A stretch of 64,000 bases of DNA. Origin: Thermoplasmata archaeon (GTDB lineage: Archaea > Thermoplasmatota > Thermoplasmata > RBG-16-68-12). Position numbers and translations under genes: made by a program. The stretch's first letter is position 1; every line of letters begins with the position of its first letter. The stretch lies in the NCBI GenBank assembly GCA_036395115.1, contig DASWDU010000001.1, positions 558 to 64,557 of the forward strand, written 5' to 3'. The notes under the pieces were generated by a model. The model had not been told where the DNA came from and ran no database searches. It worked only from the letters and a program-made list of their open reading frames with translations. Of this stretch, positions 24,657 through 33,147 are shown in pieces.

Positions 24657-25921
24657 GGCGGATCGGAGGATGGCGCCTCCGCGGACTTCGCCCGCTGGCG
24701 CTCCCGGTCGACGGCGGCCAGGGCCCGCTTGAACACCGGGGCGGGCACGACGGACACGAGGACCATGACGACCACGATCACCGAGAAGAGGGCTTGGCTG
24801 ATCACGGAGGCCGTCAACGCGGCGAGCGCGACGATCAGGCCGACCTCCCCGCGAGGCGTCATCCCCCACCCGACCGCGAGGGACTCGGGCCGTGACATCT
24901 TCGAGAGCCGCGCCGCGAACCCGCATCCGACCACTTTCGTCAGGATCGCCACGACCGCGAGGACCAAGCCAAACAGGAAGAGCGAGGGGTCGCGGACCGC
25001 GGCGGGCAGGTCCACCTGGAGGCCGAGGGAGATGAAGAAAATCGGGGTGAAGATGGCGCCGAGGTATCCTGCGCCTTCCGTGAAGTCCTCTCGTAGCGGC
25101 GTGTTCGCAAACATGGCCCCCGCCAAGAACGCGCCCACGACGGCGGAAAGACCGATCAGCTCCGCGACGAACGCGTAGAGGAACGTCACCGCGACCGCGG
25201 CGATGAAACCGCCGTGCCTGAGGCCGAGTTTCGTCGCCTCCGCCTGGACCCGGACGACGATCCGCGAGAAGAGGTAGAGCCCCACGGCCAACCCGACCCC
25301 GAGGAAGAGGACGGCCGTGCCGACCAGGACCCCGATCGACAGCGGATCCACCTGCCCGCGGCTGGCGCCAACCACGAGTGAGAGGACCGCGAGGCCCAGG
25401 ATGTCGTCGACGACGGCCGCGCCGAGGATCGTCTTGGCCACGGGCTCCCTCATCAGACCGAGGTCCAAGAGGACGGCGGCCGCGATTGCGACGCTGGTGG
25501 CCGTCAGCGTGGCGCCCACGAAGATCGCCATCAGGAACTGCGACGCGTTCGTCCCGACCTCGGATGTCGGGACCATGAAGTACGCGGTCAGGGCCCCGAA
25601 GACGAACGGGAGCACGACGCCACCCGCCGCCACGATCGAGTTCCTCTTCGTGTAGATCGCGCGGAAGTCGCTCTCGAGCCCGATCAAAAACAGGAGGAAG
25701 ATCGCACCGAGGGCCGCGAACGTCACGACGAGGGTCTGGTCGAACACGAACCGGTACGGACCGAGTGCCGCGTTCCCCACGACGGTCGGCCCCAAGAGAA
25801 TTCCGACGGCAATCTCGCCCACCATCGTCGGCTGGTGAAGTCGTTTGATCGCGAAGTGGCCCAGGGTCGCAACGACCAGGAGGATCGTCAACTGCTCATA
25901 GATGGCCTCGGTCCCCGCCAT
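24653..25921 (-). CDS. Cation:proton antiporter (CPA2 / Kef-NapA type)
   Basis: 422-aa polytopic protein with LHQPTMVGEIAVGILLGP, GLESD and ATSVAIAA, which are typical Na+/H+ exchanger family blocks. Confidence 0.9.
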   Translation of the reverse strand: MAGTEAIYEQLTILLVVATLGHFAIKRLHQPTMVGEIAVGILLGPTVVGNAALGPYRFVFDQTLVVTFAALGAIFLLFLIGLESDFRAIYTKRNSIVAAGGVVLPFVFGALTAYFMVPTSEVGTNASQFLMAIFVGATLTATSVAIAAAVLLDLGLMREPVAKTILGAAVVDDILGLAVLSLVVGASRGQVDPLSIGVLVGTAVLFLGVGLAVGLYLFSRIVVRVQAEATKLGLRHGGFIAAVAVTFLYAFVAELIGLSAVVGAFLAGAMFANTPLREDFTEGAGYLGAIFTPIFFISLGLQVDLPAAVRDPSLFLFGLVLAVVAILTKVVGCGFAARLSKMSRPESLAVGWGMTPRGEVGLIVALAALTASVISQALFSVIVVVMVLVSVVPAPVFKRALAAVDRERQRAKSAEAPSSDPP

Positions 25922-25996
25922 CGCGAACCGAAACGCGCGGACCGTATTAAATCGCTAAGCCGGGGGAACCACCGGAGCGGACGACCAAAGACAGGT

Positions 25997-26197
25997 TCAG
26001 GCCGAGCGCTTCGACCTTGCGCGGCGGGCCTCTTCCTCGGTCACGATGACGCTCAAATGGAGGACGCCGCGATCCGGATCCGGGTCGTATCGGATGCTGC
26101 GACCCTCGGACAGAATTTTGTGGTACTGAATTTTCACGGTTCCCGGCGTTCCGGACACCGCCGAAAGGTAATGAAACGCAATGACGTGGTTCTCCAA
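25997..26197 (-). CDS. Small hypothetical protein
   Basis: 66-aa ORF on the same strand as, and downstream of, the wHTH pair. No recognisable motif. Coding status is uncertain. Confidence 0.3.
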   Translation of the reverse strand: MENHVIAFHYLSAVSGTPGTVKIQYHKILSEGRSIRYDPDPDRGVLHLSVIVTEEEARRARSKRSA

Positions 26198-26297
26198 TGC
26201 GATAGGTGATAACGGATCGCACGCACGCGCACTTGCGTTCGCCGTCGATCCGGCAAGAAAAAGAAGGGATGGGAAGAGACGAATCGAGACGGTCCGG

Positions 26298-26648
26298 CTA
26301 CTGCTTCAGCATGTCGAGGCCGTTCCAGTCGCCGCCGAAATCCTTGACTTGGCCGGTCGCGAGCTGGAACCGCGCGCGAAGCTTGCCGTTCTCAAAGAAG
26401 ATGTATGCGTTCCGAAGGCAGGAAGTGTAGAGGTTCTTCCGCTTGCCCTTCTGCGTGAGGATTCGCTCGACGCACTGGATCAGCCCGACCTCTTCCAGGA
26501 TCCGAATCTTGCGGTAGCACGCCGCGATCGGGATGCCGTATCGCTGGCTGATTTCCTGGGCGCTGATCCTCCGCTTGTACGTGGCGAGCAGGATTTTCGC
26601 GCTGTATTCGTCCGTCAAAAGCTGGGATGCCTCGAGGGGTGACAGCAA
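26298..26648 (-). CDS. ArsR-like winged-helix transcription regulator, paralog B
   Basis: This is the tail of ORF 26298..27194. TTG 26648 gives a 116-aa product collinear with paralog A, and GTG 26705 is an alternative. Shared motifs are LLTDEY..KIL.AT and ISAQEISQRYGIPIAACYRKIRILEEVGL. Confidence 0.7.
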   Translation of the reverse strand: MLSPLEASQLLTDEYSAKILLATYKRRISAQEISQRYGIPIAACYRKIRILEEVGLIQCVERILTQKGKRKNLYTSCLRNAYIFFENGKLRARFQLATGQVKDFGGDWNGLDMLKQ

Positions 26649-26764
26649 TTTCGAGGCCCCTTGAAATTCGACGCCGTTGTCCGTCGGTAAGGCGTTTTCC
26701 TCCACGGTAGCGACCCCGTTCTGTCGCCGTCGATGCCGTTTTGGGATATTTAAGCTATTGCGAT

Positions 26765-26805
26765 TGATTATCAGACAAAATACTCGTTTGTGCCGATGAT
26801 TATCA
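26765..26805. repeat. Two direct copies of TGATTATCA (26765-26773 and 26797-26805) upstream of a TATA-like TTAAATAT (26746-26753, minus-strand sense)
   Basis: Read directly in the AT-rich spacer between the two wHTH genes. The start-to-start spacing is 32 bp. Confidence 0.5.
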
Positions 26806-26836
26806 AAGGACCGGAAACGCGCGCGCCCGCGCGCGC

Positions 26837-27184
26837 TCACGTGTCGAGCGACGCGTTCAACTCGATCCACTTCCCGCCGAGGTTGTCTCGGTCCCCGTCG
26901 AACTCGAACTTGACCTTGAAAATGCCGTCCTGGTACACGAGCTGGGCGGATTTCAGGAGAGAACGGTACAGCTTCATCGTCTTCCCCTTCGGGGTCGTGA
27001 CGATCTCCGCGACATTCAGGAAGCCCGCCTGTTCGAGCTCGTGAATCTTGCGGTAGCAGGCTGCGATCGGGATATCGTACTTGTCGCTGATCTCTTGAAC
27101 GGACCGCGAGATAGCTTGCGTTGCGACGAGAATGCGCTCTGCGTACTCGTCCGTGAGCAAGCGCGAGACGTCCTTTTCTCGCAT
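26837..27184 (-). CDS. ArsR-like winged-helix transcription regulator, paralog A
   Basis: 115-aa ORF with LLTDEYAERILVAT, SVQEISDKYDIPIAACYRKIHELEQAGFL and a beta-rich C-terminal extension. Confidence 0.8.
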   Translation of the reverse strand: MREKDVSRLLTDEYAERILVATQAISRSVQEISDKYDIPIAACYRKIHELEQAGFLNVAEIVTTPKGKTMKLYRSLLKSAQLVYQDGIFKVKFEFDGDRDNLGGKWIELNASLDT

Positions 27185-27299
27185 TGCTCGTCATTCACCC
27201 ATGCGTATTAATTCAGCTATCTATCCGGTTCTCGAATTTGATACTCGCGGATCACGGGAGGCCGTCGGCCTGCGTGGGCCCACGACGGTTGCGATTCGC

Positions 27300-28799
27300 T
27301 CACACAATCGGACGCAGATCCGCCTTCGGGACCCCGGCCGACACGTCCCAGGACAGGCTGAACAGTCCGGTGTAGGGTTTCGAGCCGTACAAGACGACGG
27401 AGCCGTTGATCGTCTCGATGTGGAGGACGACCCGGGCGAGGTTCTCCAGCTTCCCCGCCGACGCGCTCTGCGGCGTCACGAACCCGACGAACACATCCTT
27501 CCCCCGGCGGATCGACCCGAAGACGCCGGACATCTGCTCGAGCACCTTGTCGGAGTACACGGACTCGAGGGTGTCGAAGGCCATGAAGGCGAGGAAGGGC
27601 CGTTCCGATTTCGGGAGCTGGAACTCCACGTTCGACCACTTCAGATCGGAGTCCACGTTCGTCCCCTCCATGTGGAGGACCGTCCGCGAGACGTCTGCGG
27701 ACCCCAGGGTCGCCGCCTCGAACACCCGCACGTGCGCGTCGAACGCTTCCGACGGGAGGTGAGGGGCGAGCAGCTCCCGCGCGAACTCCGCGGTCCCTTT
27801 CCGCGGCGGGACGTGGGCGACGCCTCGGCCCTGCGCGACGAAATTGCAGATGATCGCCATCCGGAGGAAGTCCACGTGGTCCAGGGGCACGGCGTTGGAG
27901 ATCTCGAAGGCGACCGCCCGACCGCGGATCAAGCCGCCCGTAAGCCGGTCGAGGGACTCGAGTCCCGAGCTCACGGCGTCTTTCGACAGGTCTTTGATCG
28001 GCTTCCAGACCTGAGGCTTCTGGGGCCGGGCCTGCTCGTGGATCTCGAAAGCCGTGAGGCGTCCGCCGTTGAGGGTGTACAGGTAGCGATGCTGCTGGAT
28101 CTGCTGGCCTCGCAGCTTTTCAATCGTGAGGACGCGGAGGCGGCGGCCCTCGTATTCCGACGAGACGAGACTCACGACGCCATCGCCCAGGTAGTCGAGG
28201 CGGGTCTCCCCGCTGCTCTCGAGCACGTAGAGCACGTTCTGCTTGCTGCCTTCGACGAGGTCCCGCTGCAACACCGTGATCAGACGGGCAGCCGGGATGC
28301 CGTAGTGCTCGGCGAGCGCGTCGATCGAGTCGATCAGGACGAGGGACCGCTTCGGCAGACGCGCGTCGACGAAGTCGTACGCCGCCTCGAGTTCCGGGAG
28401 GTCGAAGCCGAGCGTGACCTCGAGGAAGTTCCCCTTGACCTCGCCCGAGCCTACCGACTCCAGATCTCCTTCCTCGCCTTCCTTGCCCTCCTCGAGCTTC
28501 CCTTCGAGCTGGTTCAGCGCGTCGCGCGCGACCTTCGTCTGCCGCGGAGCCTTCGCACCCGTCTGGAGGCCCGCGGGCCTGATGCGGTCGTGAAGCCACG
28601 TGAACTGATTGTACAAGGATTCGTCCGAGACCCGGGAACTCAGGTAGTGAGACGACGCGACGTCCCCGGTCTCCTCCGTGAGCTGCAAGGCAAAGGTCGT
28701 CTTGCCGGTCCCGGCGGGGCCCTTCACGATGAGCGAATGGCCGCCCGGAGATTCGAAGAACGCGACGACCTCTCGCGGGATGCGACCGGCGGCGGGCAT
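27300..28799 (-). CDS. KaiC/GvpD-like RecA-superfamily ATPase with two lobes, the second degenerate
   Basis: Walker A is LIVKGPAGTGKTTFALQL and Walker B-like is SLVLIDSIDAL. Also RRLRVLTIEKLRG. The C-terminal half has no P-loop. Confidence 0.85.
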   Translation of the reverse strand: MPAAGRIPREVVAFFESPGGHSLIVKGPAGTGKTTFALQLTEETGDVASSHYLSSRVSDESLYNQFTWLHDRIRPAGLQTGAKAPRQTKVARDALNQLEGKLEEGKEGEEGDLESVGSGEVKGNFLEVTLGFDLPELEAAYDFVDARLPKRSLVLIDSIDALAEHYGIPAARLITVLQRDLVEGSKQNVLYVLESSGETRLDYLGDGVVSLVSSEYEGRRLRVLTIEKLRGQQIQQHRYLYTLNGGRLTAFEIHEQARPQKPQVWKPIKDLSKDAVSSGLESLDRLTGGLIRGRAVAFEISNAVPLDHVDFLRMAIICNFVAQGRGVAHVPPRKGTAEFARELLAPHLPSEAFDAHVRVFEAATLGSADVSRTVLHMEGTNVDSDLKWSNVEFQLPKSERPFLAFMAFDTLESVYSDKVLEQMSGVFGSIRRGKDVFVGFVTPQSASAGKLENLARVVLHIETINGSVVLYGSKPYTGLFSLSWDVSAGVPKADLRPIV

Positions 28800-28853
28800 G
28801 GGAGCGTCGGCGGAAACAGAGAGGCCGGCTATACATAAGTTTCCCCCTGGCTG

Positions 28854-29603
28854 TCATTTGCGACCGGAAGACTCGGAAGACGCGGTGTCGCGGGCGATCC
28901 GCACGAAGCGCTGCGCATCCGCGTGCATGGAGAGATTGTTGAACATCGCGTACGCATCGTCGTACTCCGTGCAGATCGATCGGAGCCGCGACAGATCCTC
29001 GTCCGTGTACGTGTATCGGTACATCGACGGCCCCGGCGGGCTCCCGTGCAGCCGGAAGTATGCCAGCCCGTACGTCGCCGATTCGTGGTCGAACGGGTCC
29101 ACCGCGTGGACCAGCCCCAGGTCCTCGCAGATCCGCTCGACGACGTGGGTCGCCCACGGACCGCGCAACTCGATGGCCTTCGTCGCGTCCGTCCGGATCG
29201 ATTCGAAGAACCGATACAGGGCGGTCCGGTTCGCCTCCGACGGGCCAAACGAGGCCGGGGTCTGGAAGACGACGACGCTGGCCCGAAGGGCGTCCGCCAC
29301 GGCCCGGGTCGCCTCCCATCCTTCCCGCACCGCTGGCGTGTCGCGGAACCCGCCGTACGCCGGACGCTCCTCTGGGGGGATCGCTCGTCCCGCGCGCCGG
29401 TACGTCGGCGAGGAGGCATCGTGGGTGATGAACTGCGAGGCCTTCACGCAGAATCGAAATCCGGGTGGGGCCGAGGCGCGCCACGTCGCGGCGCGCTCCA
29501 CCGCGACGGGCCGATAGAACGTCTCCTGAATCTCGACCGCGTCGAGCTCCCGCAGTGCGTCGGATCGGCGGCGCCCGAAGCCGCACGTCCCCGTCCATAT
29601 CAC
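28854..29603 (-). CDS. DUF72 (UPF0759) family protein
   Basis: ORF 28854..29837. GTG 29603 gives (M)IWTGTCGFG..., the usual DUF72 N-terminus, and sits about 29 nt from TATA-like CTTTATG. GTG 29612 is an alternative. Also ELDAVEIQETFYRP and FRFCVKASQFITH. Confidence 0.8.
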   Translation of the reverse strand: MIWTGTCGFGRRRSDALRELDAVEIQETFYRPVAVERAATWRASAPPGFRFCVKASQFITHDASSPTYRRAGRAIPPEERPAYGGFRDTPAVREGWEATRAVADALRASVVVFQTPASFGPSEANRTALYRFFESIRTDATKAIELRGPWATHVVERICEDLGLVHAVDPFDHESATYGLAYFRLHGSPPGPSMYRYTYTDEDLSRLRSICTEYDDAYAMFNNLSMHADAQRFVRIARDTASSESSGRK

Positions 29604-29661
29604 GCGGCGCACGAAGCGCGCGGGAAACCATAAAGACGGCCGTGAGGCATCGCGCCGAGAC

Positions 29662-31392
29662 ATGAAGAACGAGGAGATCGCCGCGCGGTTCAGCGAGATC
29701 GCGGACATGCTCGACATCCTTGGTGAAGAGACGTTCCGCATCCTGTCGTACCAGCGCGCCGCACGGCAGCTCGAGTCCGTCGCGGACGACATCGAGGACC
29801 TCGCTCGTCGAGGCCAGGTCGACCGGATCCCCGGCATCGGTCCCGCCCTCGCGGAGAAGATCGCCGAGTACGTGACGACCGGGCGGATCGCCTACCACGA
29901 CGAGCTGCGGGCGAAGTTCCCGCCCGGCGTCCTCGACCTCCTGAAGGTCCGCGGGCTCGGCCCGAAGAAGGTCAAGATCCTCTGGCAGCAGCTCGGGATC
30001 ACGGACCTCGACGGCCTGCGGACCGCGGCGCAGGAGCAACGGCTGCGACGCGTCAAGGGGTTCGGGGAGAAGACGGAGGAGAACCTCCTGAAGGCGGTCG
30101 AGCTCGCAAAGGAAGGGCAGGCCCGCGCGTTCCTCGTCGACGCGGCGCACGTCGTCGAATCGATCGTGGCGCACATGCACGCCACGAAGACCGTCGAGCG
30201 GATCGAGGCGGCCGGGTCGTTCCGGAGGATGCGCGAGACGGTGGGCGACGTCGACGTCCTGGCGGTCGCCAAGGACCGGGGCGCCGCGGGCGCGGCGTTC
30301 ACGCGCACGCCCGGCGTGGTCGAGACCCTGGCCTCCGGCGAGACGAAAGTCGTCGTCCGCCTCGCGTACACGGACTATGAGGGGTCGCCTCGCACGATCC
30401 AGGTCGACCTGCGCATCCTGGAGCCGGGCAGCTGGGGCGCGGGCTTGCAGTACTTCACCGGCTCGAAGGACCACAACATCCGCCTGCGGACGATGGCGGA
30501 ACGTCGGGGCCTCAAGCTGAACGAGTACGGCGTCTTCCGGGATGAGGCGCGGGTCGCGGGGGACACGGAGGAGAGTGTGTACGCCGCCCTCGGCCTCGCG
30601 TGGATTCCTCCGGAGATGCGGGAGGACCAGGGCGAGGTCGACCTCGCCGCGGCGGGCCGGCTCCCGACGCTCCTCGAGCCGTCGGACATCCGAGGGGACC
30701 TCCACGTCCACACGAACGCCACGGACGGGACGGAACCGCTCGAGGCGATGGTCGAGGCCGCCCGGCGACGCGGCTACGCCTTCGTGGGCATCTCCGACCA
30801 TTCGGTCTCGGCGACCGTGGCGCGAGGCATGACGGCCGAGCAGGCGCTGAAGCGGCGGGATCGCGTCCGCTCCCTGAACCGAGCCGCCAAGGGCTTCACC
30901 GTGCTTCTCGGGACGGAGTGCGACATCCTCGATTCGGGGGAGATGGACTACCCGGACGAGGTGCTGAAAGAACTCGACTACGTCATCGCGTCCGTCCATT
31001 CGCGGTTCACCCTCCCGCGGAAAGAACAGACGGCCCGGGTCGTCGCCGCGGCGCAGAACCCGCACGTCGATCTGCTCGGTCACCCCACGACCCGCCAAAT
31101 CGGTTGGCGCGGACCGATCGATCTGGACCTCGACGCCGTTTTCAAGGCGTGCGCCCGCGCGGGGACCGCCGTCGAGATCGACGCGGATCCGAGGCGGATG
31201 GACCTGAGCGCGACCCAGGCGCGCGCCGCGAAGAATGCGGGCTGCACGATCGCCGTGGACACGGACAGCCATGCGAGCGGGAACCTCGATTGGATGCGCT
31301 TCGGCGTCGGCACCGCCCGACGCGCGTGGCTCACGCCGGACGACGTCCTGAACGCTTGGACGCTCGAACGCGTCCGCGAGTTCCTCGCCTAG
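29662..31392 (+). CDS. polX: Family X DNA polymerase with a C-terminal PHP domain
   Basis: N-terminus MKNEEIAARFSEIADMLDILGE..FRILSYQRAA (HhH region). GSFRRMRETVGDVDVL is the pol-beta nucleotidyltransferase motif. DLHVHTNATDG...ISDHS is the PHP domain. TATA-like CATAAAG lies about 30 nt upstream. Confidence 0.95.
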   Translation: MKNEEIAARFSEIADMLDILGEETFRILSYQRAARQLESVADDIEDLARRGQVDRIPGIGPALAEKIAEYVTTGRIAYHDELRAKFPPGVLDLLKVRGLGPKKVKILWQQLGITDLDGLRTAAQEQRLRRVKGFGEKTEENLLKAVELAKEGQARAFLVDAAHVVESIVAHMHATKTVERIEAAGSFRRMRETVGDVDVLAVAKDRGAAGAAFTRTPGVVETLASGETKVVVRLAYTDYEGSPRTIQVDLRILEPGSWGAGLQYFTGSKDHNIRLRTMAERRGLKLNEYGVFRDEARVAGDTEESVYAALGLAWIPPEMREDQGEVDLAAAGRLPTLLEPSDIRGDLHVHTNATDGTEPLEAMVEAARRRGYAFVGISDHSVSATVARGMTAEQALKRRDRVRSLNRAAKGFTVLLGTECDILDSGEMDYPDEVLKELDYVIASVHSRFTLPRKEQTARVVAAAQNPHVDLLGHPTTRQIGWRGPIDLDLDAVFKACARAGTAVEIDADPRRMDLSATQARAAKNAGCTIAVDTDSHASGNLDWMRFGVGTARRAWLTPDDVLNAWTLERVREFLA

Positions 31393-32413
31393 CCGGGGCG
31401 CGCCGCCGGGCCTCGAACGCTTCCGAGACCACGTCCCGGTCGTTCGTCCATCGGAGGAGCCTCAGCGCCTCCTCGCGGGTGGCCCATCGGGCCTCCTCGA
31501 ACCCCGGCTCGGGCCGCACTGCACTGCCGATCGGCTCCGCGAGGAAGTACGCGACGGTCTTGTGGTAGTTGACGCCGGCGGGAGGCCAGTAGAACGAGTA
31601 GGAAACTTCACGGACGGGTCGGACCAGCTGTACGCGCAGTCCCGTCTCTTCCTCCACTTCCCGAACGGCGGTCTGCTCCAGGGTTTCGCCCGGCTCCACC
31701 CTCCCCTTCGGCAGGCCCCACATCCCTTCGTCTTCGCGGCGCAGGAGGAGGATCCGGCCTTTCATGTCGACGATGGCGGCCCCGCTCGACCGGAGCGGTT
31801 TCGTCGGCACCCCATCGTGGGGCGGCCGACTCCGAATCCGCGTGGCCCCGGCACGAACGGCTCGCACCGCCTTTCGCAGATCGTCTCGAATCGTTCGCTC
31901 GAGACCCCGATTGTACCGGACCGCGGCGGGATGGTACGTGGGCACGACCGGCACGTCGTCCAATGCGAGGGGTTTCGTCCGCGCTTCCTTCACATGGAAC
32001 GCAGAGCCGAGGACGCCTCGGATCGCCGTCGAGCCGAGCGTCACGACCGCTTTCGGCCGAACCGCCGCGATCTGGGTCATCAGATACGGACGGCACGCCT
32101 CGATCTCGTCCGCGCGGGGCGAGCGGTTCGCGGGGGGGCGGCACTTCACGACGTTCGTGATGAAGACGGACCCGCGCGGGAGCCCCACTGCGCCCAAGGC
32201 CTTGTCGAGGACCTTTCCGGCGGCCCCGACGAACGGGCGGCCGGACGCATCCTCCGCCTTGCCCGGCGCCTCGCCCACGATCACGACATCCGCATCGAAG
32301 GGCCCGTCGCCCGGCACCGCCTGGATGCGGCCCTCGTGGAGTCGGCAGCGGGTGCACGTCCGGATCGCTCGGGCGGTCTCTTCGAGGACGACCGACGGGT
32401 CCGTGTCCGTCAT
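31331..32413 (-). CDS. Family-4 uracil-DNA glycosylase fused to a Nudix hydrolase
   Basis: The N-terminal half has CTRCRLHEGR, VVIVGEAPGKAEDASGRPFVGAAG and FITNVVKCRPPANRSP. The C-terminal half has the Nudix box GLPKGRVEPGETLEQTAVREVEEETG. The 3' end overlaps the polX 3' end by 62 nt (convergent). Confidence 0.9.
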   Translation of the reverse strand: MTDTDPSVVLEETARAIRTCTRCRLHEGRIQAVPGDGPFDADVVIVGEAPGKAEDASGRPFVGAAGKVLDKALGAVGLPRGSVFITNVVKCRPPANRSPRADEIEACRPYLMTQIAAVRPKAVVTLGSTAIRGVLGSAFHVKEARTKPLALDDVPVVPTYHPAAVRYNRGLERTIRDDLRKAVRAVRAGATRIRSRPPHDGVPTKPLRSSGAAIVDMKGRILLLRREDEGMWGLPKGRVEPGETLEQTAVREVEEETGLRVQLVRPVREVSYSFYWPPAGVNYHKTVAYFLAEPIGSAVRPEPGFEEARWATREEALRLLRWTNDRDVVSEAFEARRRAPARRGTRGRVRASKRSGRRPA

Positions 32414-32453
32414 GCCTCCGAAACGGCGCGGGCGCTCTTATCCTTCGCGGCGA

Positions 32454-32684
32454 TCAGGACCTCATTCCGGCCCGGAGATTCGTCAGGTCGCGGATCTTCG
32501 GTTGTAGCTTCTCGATCCTCGCCTCGAGCTTGCGGCGGACCCGCTCGTAGCGCTGCTCGGCCTTCGTGCGGTTCGCCGTCTCGAACTTCAAGGCGTCGTG
32601 CGCGCGGCGGATGTCCGCACGGTATCCCGCCTCGATGCGTCGCAGCCGTTTGAGCTTGCGGTTGATTTTGTCCGCGGTGGGAAT
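32454..32684 (-). CDS. Possible small coiled-coil protein with no canonical start codon (absent from the ORF track)
   Basis: The open frame runs 32744->32454 and reads ...IPTADKINRKLKRLRRIEAGYRADIRRAHDALKFETANRTKAEQRYERVRRKLEARIEKLQPKIRDLTNLRAGMRS*. The only in-frame ATG/GTG/TTG is a TTG that would leave 45 aa. The coordinates shown start at an ATT. Confidence 0.3.
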   Translation of the reverse strand: MPTADKINRKLKRLRRIEAGYRADIRRAHDALKFETANRTKAEQRYERVRRKLEARIEKLQPKIRDLTNLRAGMRS

Positions 32685-32718
32685 CGCCTCACCCCGGGTC
32701 CGGACGCCCGGACCGCCC

Positions 32719-33147
32719 TCACGCCACCGTGCGCTTCCGGGCGATCACGACATCGAGCACGCCATTGGTAAACGTGTACTTCAGGGTGTCGCGGTCCACA
32801 TTCGCCGGGAGGTCGACCTTCGTGAAGTACGGACGGTCGCCTTCGCTCTCGAGGACGAGCATCCCGTCGTCAAGGCGGACGCGCACCTCGTCGCGCGAGG
32901 CCCCGGGCATCTCCGCCGTGAGGAAGATCGCCGATTCCGTCAGGATGACGTCGACGAGGGGGTCGCGGGCCCGGATTTCTTCGCCCTCGAGCGCGGGCCG
33001 CGGAGCCTCGAGCCGCGCTTCCCGCGTCCGCGTCGTGAAACCGTAGATGAACGGCTCGCGGAATACGCCGAGCTTCCCCTCGAAGGCGTCTTTCAGCATG
33101 CGGTGAATCGCCCGGCGGGTCTCCTCCAACTCGTCCTCAATGCTCAT
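32719..33147 (-). CDS. Small heat-shock protein (Hsp20/alpha-crystallin)
   Basis: ORF 32719..33180. ATG 33147 (MSIEDELEE) is preferred. The alpha-crystallin domain reads DVILTESAIFLTAEMPGASRDEVRVRLDDGMLVLESE....KVDLPANVDRDTLKYTFTNGVLDVVI. Confidence 0.9.
   Translation of the reverse strand: MSIEDELEETRRAIHRMLKDAFEGKLGVFREPFIYGFTTRTREARLEAPRPALEGEEIRARDPLVDVILTESAIFLTAEMPGASRDEVRVRLDDGMLVLESEGDRPYFTKVDLPANVDRDTLKYTFTNGVLDVVIARKRTVA

Noticed and set aside
29661-29664. Head-to-head overlapping ATG starts of DUF72 (ATG 29663) and polX (ATG 29662) within one CATG
   Set aside because: Both promoters would then have to lie inside the partner gene. A downstream GTG (29603) gives the family-typical DUF72 N-terminus and a sensible shared TATA box.
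28120-31272. Very long alternative-frame ORFs. Examples are 28120..31272 (1050 aa), 10781..14500 (1239 aa), 55877..58120, 5960..7396, 7294..9417, 18607..20202, 22693..24117, 38978..40735, 61904..63697, and the upstream portion of 61002..63527.
   Set aside because: These are shadow ORFs typical of GC-rich DNA. Their products are Arg/Pro/Gly/Ala-rich low-complexity strings without motifs. Each lies antisense to, or out of frame with, a gene that has clear family signatures.
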